Shown here: positions 57,201 to 64,000 of the stretch, piece after piece
Layout: each line of letters begins with the position of its first letter
Position numbering within the stretch: the stretch's first letter is position 1
IMG/VR virus record: IMGVR_UViG_2756170199_000003
Coordinates: 1-64,000 of that record
Length of the DNA stretch: 64,000 bases
Reading direction: 5' to 3' (one strand)
Source of the DNA: a virus
Lineage: Duplodnaviria; Caudoviricetes
Notes under the pieces: model-generated
What the model was told of the DNA's origin: nothing
The model's database searches: none
The model's input: only the letters and a program-made list of their open reading frames with translations
Position numbers and translations under genes: made by a program

Positions 57201-57999
57201 CTTTCAGCAGATCGGGTAGCGCCGTGTTCTTCTGGATGTTCTCCAGCAGCTCGCGCGTGGCCACACCCTGCTTCTTCTGCTCCATGAGTGCATCCATCGC
57301 CACGAAATAGTGGCGCATCTGCACTTCGAGGGATTTACGCTGGTAGTTGACTGTGACGCGATCCTGATAATCAGCCAGCCGCTGCAGCGACAGGCGGATC
57401 GAATTCAGTGCGCCAAGCTGGCTGTTCGTGCGATCGGTGTCGATCTGCCGGTGAATATCGGCTTGGGCCTTGTCTTCCGCACGCTGCTGCGCCTGCGTCT
57501 GGGCCTGGTAGCTGAAGATGTCGCCAAGCGTTGCCTGCAGACTGGCGTGACGGGCCGCCTCAGCAGAAAGGCCCGTGGTGCCCGTGTCGGCTGATTCTGC
57601 CCATGCCTTGAGACGATCCTGCACGCTCTTCGGCAGGAACTTGCCACCGGCAGGCAGCAGCTTGCCCACCGTCCGCTTCAGATCGTTCTGCAGCGGTTTG
57701 ATTTCGCGTACCGAAGCATTGTATAGATCCCGGATCGATGAGGTCGCTTCGTCAGCGCGATCCAGCGCATGGCCATAGCCGCTGGGCAACGCCTGGCGCA
57801 ATGTCCGGTTGATAAACGACTTGCTGCGCACGCCCTGCCAGACACCCTGCGCACCGCCCTTGATGAACTCCTTCGCGTGCTTCGTGACCGGCTTGCGGTC
57901 ATCCTTTTTTGCCTTCTCGCCAAAACCGAATTCGGGAATATCCAGATCTGCGTCGAAGCCGAAATCGTCATCGGCTTTGAATGACTTTTTCCTGAACAT
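51253..57999 (-). CDS. Giant tail (tape-measure-like) protein with lytic transglycosylase domain (phiKZ gp181-like)
   Basis: 2248 aa; YQRKSLE, SITEIIPGFLARI and RLRIAQYG motifs; SLT motifs IESAFNP, ASGLFQFI..TW and YLAHFLGAGGA. Confidence 0.9.
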   Translation of the reverse strand: MFRKKSFKADDDFGFDADLDIPEFGFGEKAKKDDRKPVTKHAKEFIKGGAQGVWQGVRSKSFINRTLRQALPSGYGHALDRADEATSSIRDLYNASVREIKPLQNDLKRTVGKLLPAGGKFLPKSVQDRLKAWAESADTGTTGLSAEAARHASLQATLGDIFSYQAQTQAQQRAEDKAQADIHRQIDTDRTNSQLGALNSIRLSLQRLADYQDRVTVNYQRKSLEVQMRHYFVAMDALMEQKKQGVATRELLENIQKNTALPDLLKVKMREDWPTLLRNRFMGNAGSWFLGQRSNFLRSLTGQIKSSLTSSLRNLVGSAQMGLGMADMGANMSGMEGMGPSGAEMAGDMAGGLASHGLASMLGSRIGRSLKGTRAGNFLERHGHTAGHLAQSVPQHLTEFAYSDRLDDTPVVGSAVQWLKNQIIRAGAVQTGVQVDNLRNLQEPAPFTHLVRKSITEIIPGFLARIYRELQILRTGDTKVELTSFDWTGNRFRERSQTFRRSFESIVKPRDREYVQEHAGSLIDDLEKTGGVKLTAEQRQMLIRRLVRDNFANRTGSLKRYSDLWSYAGEESKHAGTFAQLFQNYGAQDREERQKEFHARFAGLGGGIADPREMVQSLINAGMLEFAEEAGIVKNGYIDQNRLIDYYLSEDYTPEGGHAAGGLRPTGPVGGAGIMAARRRTPRPIQMFMRAPRRAKSSVKPRRRRHPFTGGAHRVVPPGAPDAGVAGIRQPVTYDENQAVPGERSDMPGVVERHGTAAADVDLFLQQKWGRPLRAHTDTSFGHRFTPADHAFGPVIDAIRDHSSKPLAAKIHETLLAIQKQIEEGLLVVPAMPDFEGLGEGIAGAGRAAGRAAGRAAGGAAERLARLRERMGRGRRPKRFTDWTVRDIASAGVEATKSGARAGWGAAKQAAQAGWKWWQEPGIGTKMLGWAGVKGRKGLAYAEGFRDIYLPESIEPVLFARKMRNGDYRDRETGVIIRSYKDIKGDVIDASDNGNVVLRALDIARAYSKAGRAKGKLISALGAGAKFLGRAAETLRSDVVSLAMRAAKTGVMLARRGMELLDAPVDIYVKGEREPRLLAIMMRAGAYRSQLHEDRVILRPGMIDGPVVDHSDRNNPQVVLRKEDLAKGIVDAQGRPIRTPLMKLASLVMAPVKGLLGAVRKGAGALKDLALSPFRGLGEWFNKWLGPDGIMFAGSKTITERLTEIRDILLERLRKPKKRVVGDEEGTGVIRNSWEDLERRKGLAEKEKAVDADREGTPTRGILAGLSGLLGKLRRLGKGKGKEGGDDGDGDGETGGGLKTAAEDWIERKLGRWGGGKLLRGAKWAGRGVKALAGGGKKLLGRGVGRLLGRAALTEGTAGVASAAGGAEALAAGATGAEALAAGTAGAGALGGSLAGIAGGVAGGLATGVAAAGELIGGGLAAVGGFLSLPVVLGAAALAGAGYLAYRGIKRLLEKKPGPLTRLRIAQYGFLPDDHDSVKAVLTLEATLMKGVWYRPGKGGLQADVSGKSINFREVVAPFDIDPANRGEVVNFATWYLRRFKPVFCTHLTALKSMGRNLELAEVDDKLTKKDDRQQFLKAVSWPNGPYSEMRSPFHGSILTLHRSLTLDAGPKEVSTYVAAAQAEIDRMPGDTTAGAKAGLKKAGVVAAAAIAKGKSEDAKKAQGAASGTASTPAKDQGKGWTDLLTDKVEAGMGTAGSLIAGMWGGAKDIAGKVASGVESAAKQTWEAAKQAGGAVVTATGKAVSGVKEAVTGVAGAAGGAIRTGLQALGGKIGQLPLPIGKGWSAVKDLIGKAASMVGVDPILLAAIGAIESAFNPAAKAGTSSASGLFQFINSTWQTMLRKYGPKYDIPPNTPQTDPRASALMGAEFIKENVAALRGVKSNLTPTDVYLAHFLGAGGARQLLKADPGTDAVALMPGPAAANRSIFFNKDGSHRTVAQVYAEIGRRVQLGLKQTGVTSGATDVASSPVKTGADAGKTPGAPPAGGSSGVGATNGQALTAPAKPVGGAAGAAGATTAAAAITPATAGTSGVGAGATMPAGAAATPVAAPTTRSAAGSPAAPATPPPAASSGAPVPVGQRPPATGAATALVDATLMKTGLATTGPAAGLERAAGNVVGSLAGKLPQLQPLPAAGTSPFASFGFGPQSVQPIDQGSKSIMAVQQARHDEHMDALGGVGQTLEASLKVHEQTLDVMKALYALVQQAVTQTSTASTAQGAGTAPRSTGTAQSFARGAARTMPTPPVSMVKMA

Positions 58000-58081
58000 G
58001 ATCGTTCCACGTTAAATCAGAACTGAGCCGTAACCCTCGGCTCCTCATAGTTTTTCCCGGCTTCTCCGGCCTTCACGGAGG

Positions 58082-59716
58082 ATGTCAATGCCCGAGCGCC
58101 TCGCCATTCCCTTCAACATCCGGCTGCTCAACCTGACCCCGGCGCGGCTGCAGAACATCCGCCCCGTCACTTCACTCGAGTTCTTCGACGGCAACAGCCA
58201 GAACTTCCATCCGGAAGGGCTTTTCTCGACGCTGATCTTTGGCAAGGTTGGCGACGACAAACGCTCGCTGCGCTTTTCGTATATCGATATCCGGGTGCCG
58301 GTCTTTCACCCGGTCGTCTACCGCGCACTCACGAGCCTCAAGCAGCTCTACCGCGACATCATCTCGGGCGTCCAGTACGCACTCTGGAATGAGCAGACGA
58401 AGGAGTTCGAGCGCAGCGATGCGCTCAACGGCCAGACAGGTTTCCAGTTCTTTGTATCGCACTGGACGCAGATCGACTTCGGTGAAACAAAAAGCGACGA
58501 GCGCCAGGCCAAGGTCCAGATGATCAGGAAGTACCAGGACGTGGCGCTGACCTCGAAAATCGTTGTCATGCCAGCCGGCATGCGAGATCTCGAATTCACC
58601 GATGACGGCCGCATTCGCGAGGATGAGATCAACACACTGTACCGCTCGATCATCGCGCGTTCGAACAGCGTCAACGAGGTGACGGCCAGGCGCAATCCCG
58701 AGCTCATCAACACCGTGCGCTACAGCCTGCAGGGTGCGTTCAACCAGCTCTACGAGCTGATCGAGAGCATGGTCGAAGGCAAGCACAAGCTGCTGCTCGG
58801 CAAGTGGGCGAGCCGCCGCGTCTTTGACGGTACGCGCAATGTCGTCAGTGCCATGGACGCCTCACATGACTGGCTCGGCGCGCCCGGCACCACTGGCCTG
58901 AACGATCACGTTGCAGGCCTCTATCAGGTGCTCAAGGCCGCGCGTCCGCTTGCGGTCTATCACATCCGCACCGGGTTTCTCCCGTCGGTGTTTCCGGGCC
59001 CGAACGTGCCCGCGCGCCTGGTCGATAAGAAGACACTCGAAACTGAGCCCGTGCAGCTCAAGCCCGAGTACTACGATCGCTGGGCCACCATCGAAGGTGT
59101 CGAGAAACTGCTCACGCTGTTTGGCGAGGAAAGCCTGCGCCATCGCGTGATCGAGATCGATGGCCGCTATCTGGGTCTCATTTACAAAGGACCCGACATG
59201 ACCTTCCGGCTCATGAACAGTATTGACGAGCTGCCCGGCGGTCTTGATCACCAGTATGTCTTTCCGCTCACATTCTGCGAACTGCTCTACTGCTCGACCT
59301 ACCGACACATGGACAAGGTGGCCGCATTCGTCACGCGCTATCCGATCACGGGACTCGGCTCGACCGTGCCGGGCAAGATCCACATGCGCACCACCATCCG
59401 CAACGAAGTGCGGCGTGAACTCGGAGCCGACTGGACGCCCCTCGGTGACGACTACGTCGCTTATGAGTTTCCCATCCGTGACGGCGAATTCATCAACAGC
59501 ATCGTGGTGGCACCAGCACTGCTAAGTGGACTCACGATGGATTTCGACGGCGACACCGCTTCGCTCAATCTCGCCTACACGGACGATTCCATTGCAGAAG
59601 TCGACGCATTCCTCAGGACCCGCAAGGCCTATATCGGACCGGACGGCAAACCCCTGAAGAGTTGTGCGGTCTCCACCGTCAATCTCGTCCTGCACAACAT
59701 GACGGGCACGGTGTGA
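58082..59716 (+). CDS. Virion RNA polymerase beta' subunit, N-terminal/catalytic part (phiKZ gp180-like)
   Basis: FHPEGLFS..IFG, VMPAGMRD, GKWASRR..GTRNV, TRYPI and the catalytic DFDGD motif. Confidence 0.92.
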   Translation: MSMPERLAIPFNIRLLNLTPARLQNIRPVTSLEFFDGNSQNFHPEGLFSTLIFGKVGDDKRSLRFSYIDIRVPVFHPVVYRALTSLKQLYRDIISGVQYALWNEQTKEFERSDALNGQTGFQFFVSHWTQIDFGETKSDERQAKVQMIRKYQDVALTSKIVVMPAGMRDLEFTDDGRIREDEINTLYRSIIARSNSVNEVTARRNPELINTVRYSLQGAFNQLYELIESMVEGKHKLLLGKWASRRVFDGTRNVVSAMDASHDWLGAPGTTGLNDHVAGLYQVLKAARPLAVYHIRTGFLPSVFPGPNVPARLVDKKTLETEPVQLKPEYYDRWATIEGVEKLLTLFGEESLRHRVIEIDGRYLGLIYKGPDMTFRLMNSIDELPGGLDHQYVFPLTFCELLYCSTYRHMDKVAAFVTRYPITGLGSTVPGKIHMRTTIRNEVRRELGADWTPLGDDYVAYEFPIRDGEFINSIVVAPALLSGLTMDFDGDTASLNLAYTDDSIAEVDAFLRTRKAYIGPDGKPLKSCAVSTVNLVLHNMTGTV

Positions 59717-59797
59717 CCAGAACGGTGATCAATCCGGTGATCGATGCGCTCATCACCGGGCCGCCCCATCCGGCTCATTCCCTGCACGGAGCACGCA

Positions 59798-62700
59798 ATG
59801 TCCGTCCTGTTCGAGACGTGGTACCGGCAGTTCGGCGTACGCCGCAGCAACCAGCTGGTCCAGCCGCCGTTGCCGGGCATGGACCGGCTCATTCTTCCGC
59901 GCCGCAGCCTCTTTCATTTTCCCGGCAACGGCCCGCTCGATGACGGCCCGGGCGCCACCCAGCTGGAATTTCGCGGCATCACCCGGCCCATCCTCGTACA
60001 TCACGTCATCAAACAGTCGGTGAACCTGGGCAATCCCCGCCCGCTGCCAACACCGGTCACCACGCTCGCCTCGCACTTTTTCCAGAAAAAGCGTCGCTAC
60101 AAAAAGCTCGTCAACTTTGCAACGGCCACACGCGACGACAACACGCTGTGCGTCTTCAACTATGCGTTCCTGTGGCGCACGTACCGGTATCCGCGTTCGA
60201 TCTACGCCGGCACGTACCAGTGGCACAACATCCACGAAACCATGTGGATGCAGGTCACCGAAGTCGCCAACCGCTCCAACCGCAACCAGTTCATCCCGGT
60301 CACGCTCCCCGCGATCCTGCCGTGCCTCACCGACCTGAAGCTCGGTGAGATGGGCCAGCTCAGCCATCAGCCCAGCCAGCGGCTGGTGAAGCGCTTTGCC
60401 TCCCATGAATCGCTCATGATCCTCGAGCTCTGGAAGTGGCTCGGAGAGAACCGCAGATCCTCGATGCTCTCGCACGTGCCAGAGGACAAGCTCGGCCGCG
60501 TGAACCTGATCCTTGAAGAAAGCGGCCGCTGGTTCGCGGTGAATCTCGGCACGCTCAACGGATGGCGGGTGGCCACAAAGGAAGAACAGGAAGCGAACCC
60601 GGACGCAAACCGGCATGGGTTCGAGCCCAACCGTCTGCAGCGGTATTTCCTGCGCATGCTCATGACACTCATGGAGGTGCGCACCGCAGCCGCGCCCGAG
60701 GTCAGTGCACAGAGTGGCGCTGGCGAAGAGCCATCTTCGGCAACACCTGACACACCGACAAACGTCATCGACGAGGTTCACGATGACGAACACGAGAATG
60801 AGGACGTCACCCGAACGGTTCAGCAACCTGCCCCTTCGCTGCCCCCCGGCCCGGTATTCCATGCCACCCATCCGGGACAGGATGAAGAGGATCTGGAAGA
60901 GGACGAACGCGAAGAGGATAACGAACGCGTTGCACGGGTCGCCTCGCGCATCGTTGCGGACCAGCAGGAACCCGACGAGCGCGGCGTGGATATTCACCCC
61001 GACACGGAACTCGAACGGCAGATCGAAGCGGACCTGCAGCAGCTCGAGCATATCGCCAGCCTGACGTTTGCGGAAGATGAGACAAATGGCAGGCAAGACG
61101 CCGAACCGGTCGAAGGCGCCACGCCAGCTGGTCAGACGCAGCCGGTGATACCTGTCACCGCCGCGGAGCCGGTATCACCGGAAACCGCCGTCATGAAGAT
61201 CGCCGACCGCCTGGCCGCCCAGGGAATGATGAGCGCCGGCGAGCACCGGCGCTATCAGGCGCTCTCACAAGCCTACAAAAAGATCGTCGCGCCGGATGGC
61301 CGGACCACGCTCGGCGCCTTCGTCCAGATTTCGCCTGACGACGTACAGATCGCGCAGTCGCCCGCGATCAACGACATCCCTACCGTGCTCGACAAGACGA
61401 TGCTCAAATCGTCGCTGCTTTCATTCGACCCGAAGTACATCCGCAATGTGATGCAGAAGGATGTCGCGGGCATGGTCCTGAACCTGCAGCAGGCGGGCCT
61501 GTGCGTGACGGGGTATGACGTCGAGGATGTCGACGACGTGATGGGTGCATACCGGATCCACACCGCCCGCGTGGTGCCGATCGAAGGCGCCGCCTCGACC
61601 CTTCGTTTCCGGCTGCCCGTCGTCAACGAGGATGGCACCTTCACGAGCAACGGCGTGAAGTACCGGATGCGCAAGCAGAAGGGTGACCTGCCCATCCGCA
61701 AGATCGCACCGGGGCGCGTGGCGCTCACGAGCTACTACGGCAAGGTGTTTGTCTCCCGTTCGACCAAACGGGTCAACGATTGCGGTACGTGGCTCACCAA
61801 TTCCATCATGGCTGCCGGACTCGATCCGCAGGCGGGGCTCGTCACGCAGATGCACACGGCGCCGGTGTTCGACAACCTCGTCGTCTGCCCTCGCCTCTAC
61901 AGCACGCTCGCCATGTCGTTCAGAAGCTTCCAGCTCGGCGGCTTCGAGTGGAACTTCGATCATTCGCGGCGCGAAGCACTCTATGGCGCCGATACACTCA
62001 CGCGCTACGAGCGCGATGGTGCCATCGTCTGCGGGCAATCACTCACCGACCCGAAAGCTCTGGCCGTCATGGACCGGCACGGCGGACTCTTTGAGATCCG
62101 CGACGGCAAGCCGGCCGCGCTTGCCGGCTTCGACGCGATGCTGCAGCTGGACGCCGCGAAGGCACCCGTTGATTTCGCCGAGGTGATGGTGCTCGGGCGC
62201 AGCATCCCGCTCGGTATCGTGCTCGGTTACGAGATGGGGCTCACGCGCCTCATGGAGCTGCTGCGGGTCGCGCCCAGGCGCGTTCCTGCCGGCCAGCGCG
62301 TGAACCTCCAGCCCGATGAATATTCGCTGGTGTTTGCCGATGAGACGCTTGCCTTTCCGAAGCCGAACGCCTTCGCCTCGATGGTGCTCGCGGGCTTCAA
62401 TGAATACCACCGCAGCATCCGCACCTACAACGTCCACGAGTTCGACCGGCGCGGCGTCTATCTGAACGTGCTCGAAACGGGCGGCCAGTCGCAACGCTAT
62501 CTGCGCGAGATCGACCTGCAGTACCAGCTCTTCGTCGACCCGATCACGCGCGAGCTGCTCGTGGACATGAAGGAGCCGGTGGACTATCAGGGACTGCTGC
62601 TGCGCGCCTGCTCGATGCTCCTCGACGATCATCACCCGGACGAGCTCGATGCCAGCATGATGCGTATCAAGGGTTATGAACGCATGGCCGGCGCCGTCTA

Positions 62701-64000
62701 CTCGGAGATCGTACGCGCCATTCGCGTGCATCACGGCCGACCGGGCAGGAACCGCCTGCCCATAGACCTCAATCCGTTCCAGGTCTGGAAGAACATCACG
62801 CAGGATCCCGCCAAGGTCCAGATCAAGGAGATCAACCCTATCGAAAACCTGAAGGAGATTGAAGCTGTCACCTATGCGGGTGTCGGCGGCCGTGGCTCGC
62901 GCAGCATGGTCAAGCATACCCGCGCCTATCACCACAACGACATGGGCACGATCTCGGAGGCAACCGTCGATTCGAGCGACGTTGGCATCAATACCTACAC
63001 GAGCGCCGATCCTCAATTCACCTCACTGCGCGGCATTTCGCGCCGCTATGAGGTCGGGAAAACCGGGGCCACCGCACTCTTTTCCACTTCCGCGCTGATG
63101 GCACCAGCGGCCGATCGCGACGATCCCAAGCGCGTGAACTTCATCTCCATCCAGTCCAGCCACAAGATCGCCTGCCGCGGCTATCACCAGCCGGGGCTTC
63201 GCACCGGATACGAGCAGGTAATCGCGCATCGCGTCGGGGACATGTTCGCCGTGACTGCGAAGAAACCCGGCAAGGTTGTCTCGGTAAATGCTGACGGCAT
63301 GCGGATCCAGTACGAAGACGGCGAAGTCCAGGGCATCGAACTCGGGCGCCGGTTTGGCAATGCCGCCGGGCTCGTCATCCCTCACCAGATCGCCACGCCC
63401 ATGCGCGCGGGACAGACGTTCGGGCCCGGCGCCGTGATCGCCTACAACGAGGGATTCTTCGAACCGGACATCCTGAACCCCGCCAACGTCGTCATGAAAA
63501 CCGGGGTGTCGGTCAAAACCGTCTTCATGGAATGCCCGATGACGCTGGAGGATTCATCGGCGATCTCGAAGGAAACCGCGGCGCTCCTGATGACGCGGCA
63601 AACCAAGGTGCGCACCATTGTCGTCAATTTCGACCAGGAGGTACACAAGCTCCTGAAGGTTGGCGACGAGGTCGGGGCTGACGCAATTTTATGCGTCATT
63701 GAGGACGCCGTGACCGCGGGCAACCGCCTCTTCGACGAGGCGTCGCTCGACACGCTGCGCGTGCTGAGCGCCCAGACGCCACAGGCCAGGATCCGCGGCG
63801 TGATCGAACGCATCGAGATGTTCTATCACGGCGAAATCGAGGACATGTCGCCGACGCTCGCGAAAATCGCGACGACAAGCGACGCGCAGCTGGTCCGGCG
63901 TGCCCGCGCCAGCGGCACAAAGGCCTTCACGGGAAGCGTGGACGAAGCGTTTCGCGTGGACGGCAATCCGCTCCAGCTCGATACCGCTGCCATCCAGATC
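59798..64000 (+). CDS. Virion RNA polymerase beta subunit, large part (phiKZ gp178-like), 3' partial
   Basis: Not in the ORF track because it has no stop in the window. ATG 59798 after GGAG gives MSVLFETWYRQFGVRR; in-frame motifs RKQKGDLPIRKI, ALTSYYGK, FVDPIT, RIKGYERMAG, DDPKRVNF, TGYE and LEDSSAIS; the last codons of the window are in the same frame (GNPLQLDTAAIQI). Confidence 0.92.
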   Translation, partial: MSVLFETWYRQFGVRRSNQLVQPPLPGMDRLILPRRSLFHFPGNGPLDDGPGATQLEFRGITRPILVHHVIKQSVNLGNPRPLPTPVTTLASHFFQKKRRYKKLVNFATATRDDNTLCVFNYAFLWRTYRYPRSIYAGTYQWHNIHETMWMQVTEVANRSNRNQFIPVTLPAILPCLTDLKLGEMGQLSHQPSQRLVKRFASHESLMILELWKWLGENRRSSMLSHVPEDKLGRVNLILEESGRWFAVNLGTLNGWRVATKEEQEANPDANRHGFEPNRLQRYFLRMLMTLMEVRTAAAPEVSAQSGAGEEPSSATPDTPTNVIDEVHDDEHENEDVTRTVQQPAPSLPPGPVFHATHPGQDEEDLEEDEREEDNERVARVASRIVADQQEPDERGVDIHPDTELERQIEADLQQLEHIASLTFAEDETNGRQDAEPVEGATPAGQTQPVIPVTAAEPVSPETAVMKIADRLAAQGMMSAGEHRRYQALSQAYKKIVAPDGRTTLGAFVQISPDDVQIAQSPAINDIPTVLDKTMLKSSLLSFDPKYIRNVMQKDVAGMVLNLQQAGLCVTGYDVEDVDDVMGAYRIHTARVVPIEGAASTLRFRLPVVNEDGTFTSNGVKYRMRKQKGDLPIRKIAPGRVALTSYYGKVFVSRSTKRVNDCGTWLTNSIMAAGLDPQAGLVTQMHTAPVFDNLVVCPRLYSTLAMSFRSFQLGGFEWNFDHSRREALYGADTLTRYERDGAIVCGQSLTDPKALAVMDRHGGLFEIRDGKPAALAGFDAMLQLDAAKAPVDFAEVMVLGRSIPLGIVLGYEMGLTRLMELLRVAPRRVPAGQRVNLQPDEYSLVFADETLAFPKPNAFASMVLAGFNEYHRSIRTYNVHEFDRRGVYLNVLETGGQSQRYLREIDLQYQLFVDPITRELLVDMKEPVDYQGLLLRACSMLLDDHHPDELDASMMRIKGYERMAGAVYSEIVRAIRVHHGRPGRNRLPIDLNPFQVWKNITQDPAKVQIKEINPIENLKEIEAVTYAGVGGRGSRSMVKHTRAYHHNDMGTISEATVDSSDVGINTYTSADPQFTSLRGISRRYEVGKTGATALFSTSALMAPAADRDDPKRVNFISIQSSHKIACRGYHQPGLRTGYEQVIAHRVGDMFAVTAKKPGKVVSVNADGMRIQYEDGEVQGIELGRRFGNAAGLVIPHQIATPMRAGQTFGPGAVIAYNEGFFEPDILNPANVVMKTGVSVKTVFMECPMTLEDSSAISKETAALLMTRQTKVRTIVVNFDQEVHKLLKVGDEVGADAILCVIEDAVTAGNRLFDEASLDTLRVLSAQTPQARIRGVIERIEMFYHGEIEDMSPTLAKIATTSDAQLVRRARASGTKAFTGSVDEAFRVDGNPLQLDTAAIQI

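Larger units (their letters stand above)
1..64000. mobile_element. Segment of a phiKZ-like (Chimalliviridae-type) jumbo phage genome
   Basis: Split multisubunit virion RNAP genes (DFDGD-bearing beta' part, large beta, small beta C-terminal part), giant tail protein with SLT domain, phiKZ-type UvsX, RNase H, SbcC, portal-like and NPH-repeat fibre genes. No bacterial housekeeping genes. Confidence 0.93.

Noticed and set aside
58082-64000. Introns or inteins in the RNAP genes
   Set aside because: The frames appear continuous and no intein or homing endonuclease motifs were recognised.
1-64000. tRNA, rRNA, integrase, chimallin and tubulin genes
   Set aside because: None recognised; intergenic spaces are short. 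Nucleus formation and lysogeny cannot be confirmed from this window.

Overview
The whole window is a segment of a phiKZ-like jumbo phage (Chimalliviridae-type) genome. It is unusually GC-rich for this group (roughly 60-63% by eye). Core genes: a portal-like protein, baseplate and virion proteins, a RuvC-like resolvase, four paralogous H-x5-NPH-repeat fibre proteins, an SbcC/Rad50 ATPase, a gpV-like spike, UvsX/RecA, RNase H, a 2248-aa tail protein with a lytic transglycosylase domain, and three split virion RNA polymerase subunits. The largest subunit starts at 59798, runs off the window end and is missing from the ORF track. Accessory genes between the core blocks include two spanin-like pairs, two secreted NlpC/P60 hydrolases, CYTH-like, metallophosphoesterase, SLOG and NADAR-like proteins, a methylase-like protein lacking motif IV, a GlsB/YeaQ membrane protein resembling Burkholderia homologues, and blocks of small hypothetical genes. 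Main observations: (i) three adjacent diverged fibre paralogues each keep six repeats in the same register (48-48-48-33/34-48/50 aa), suggesting a heterotrimeric fibre; (ii) a second, translationally coupled triplet of 126-127 aa paralogues; (iii) candidate early, middle and late promoter motifs, including a 21-bp element shared by uvsX and RNase H; (iv) host-like composition and cargo that may indicate a non-strictly-lytic lifestyle. phiKZ gene-number correspondences are recalled from motifs and gene order, not from searches. No tRNA, rRNA, CRISPR array or integrase was seen.
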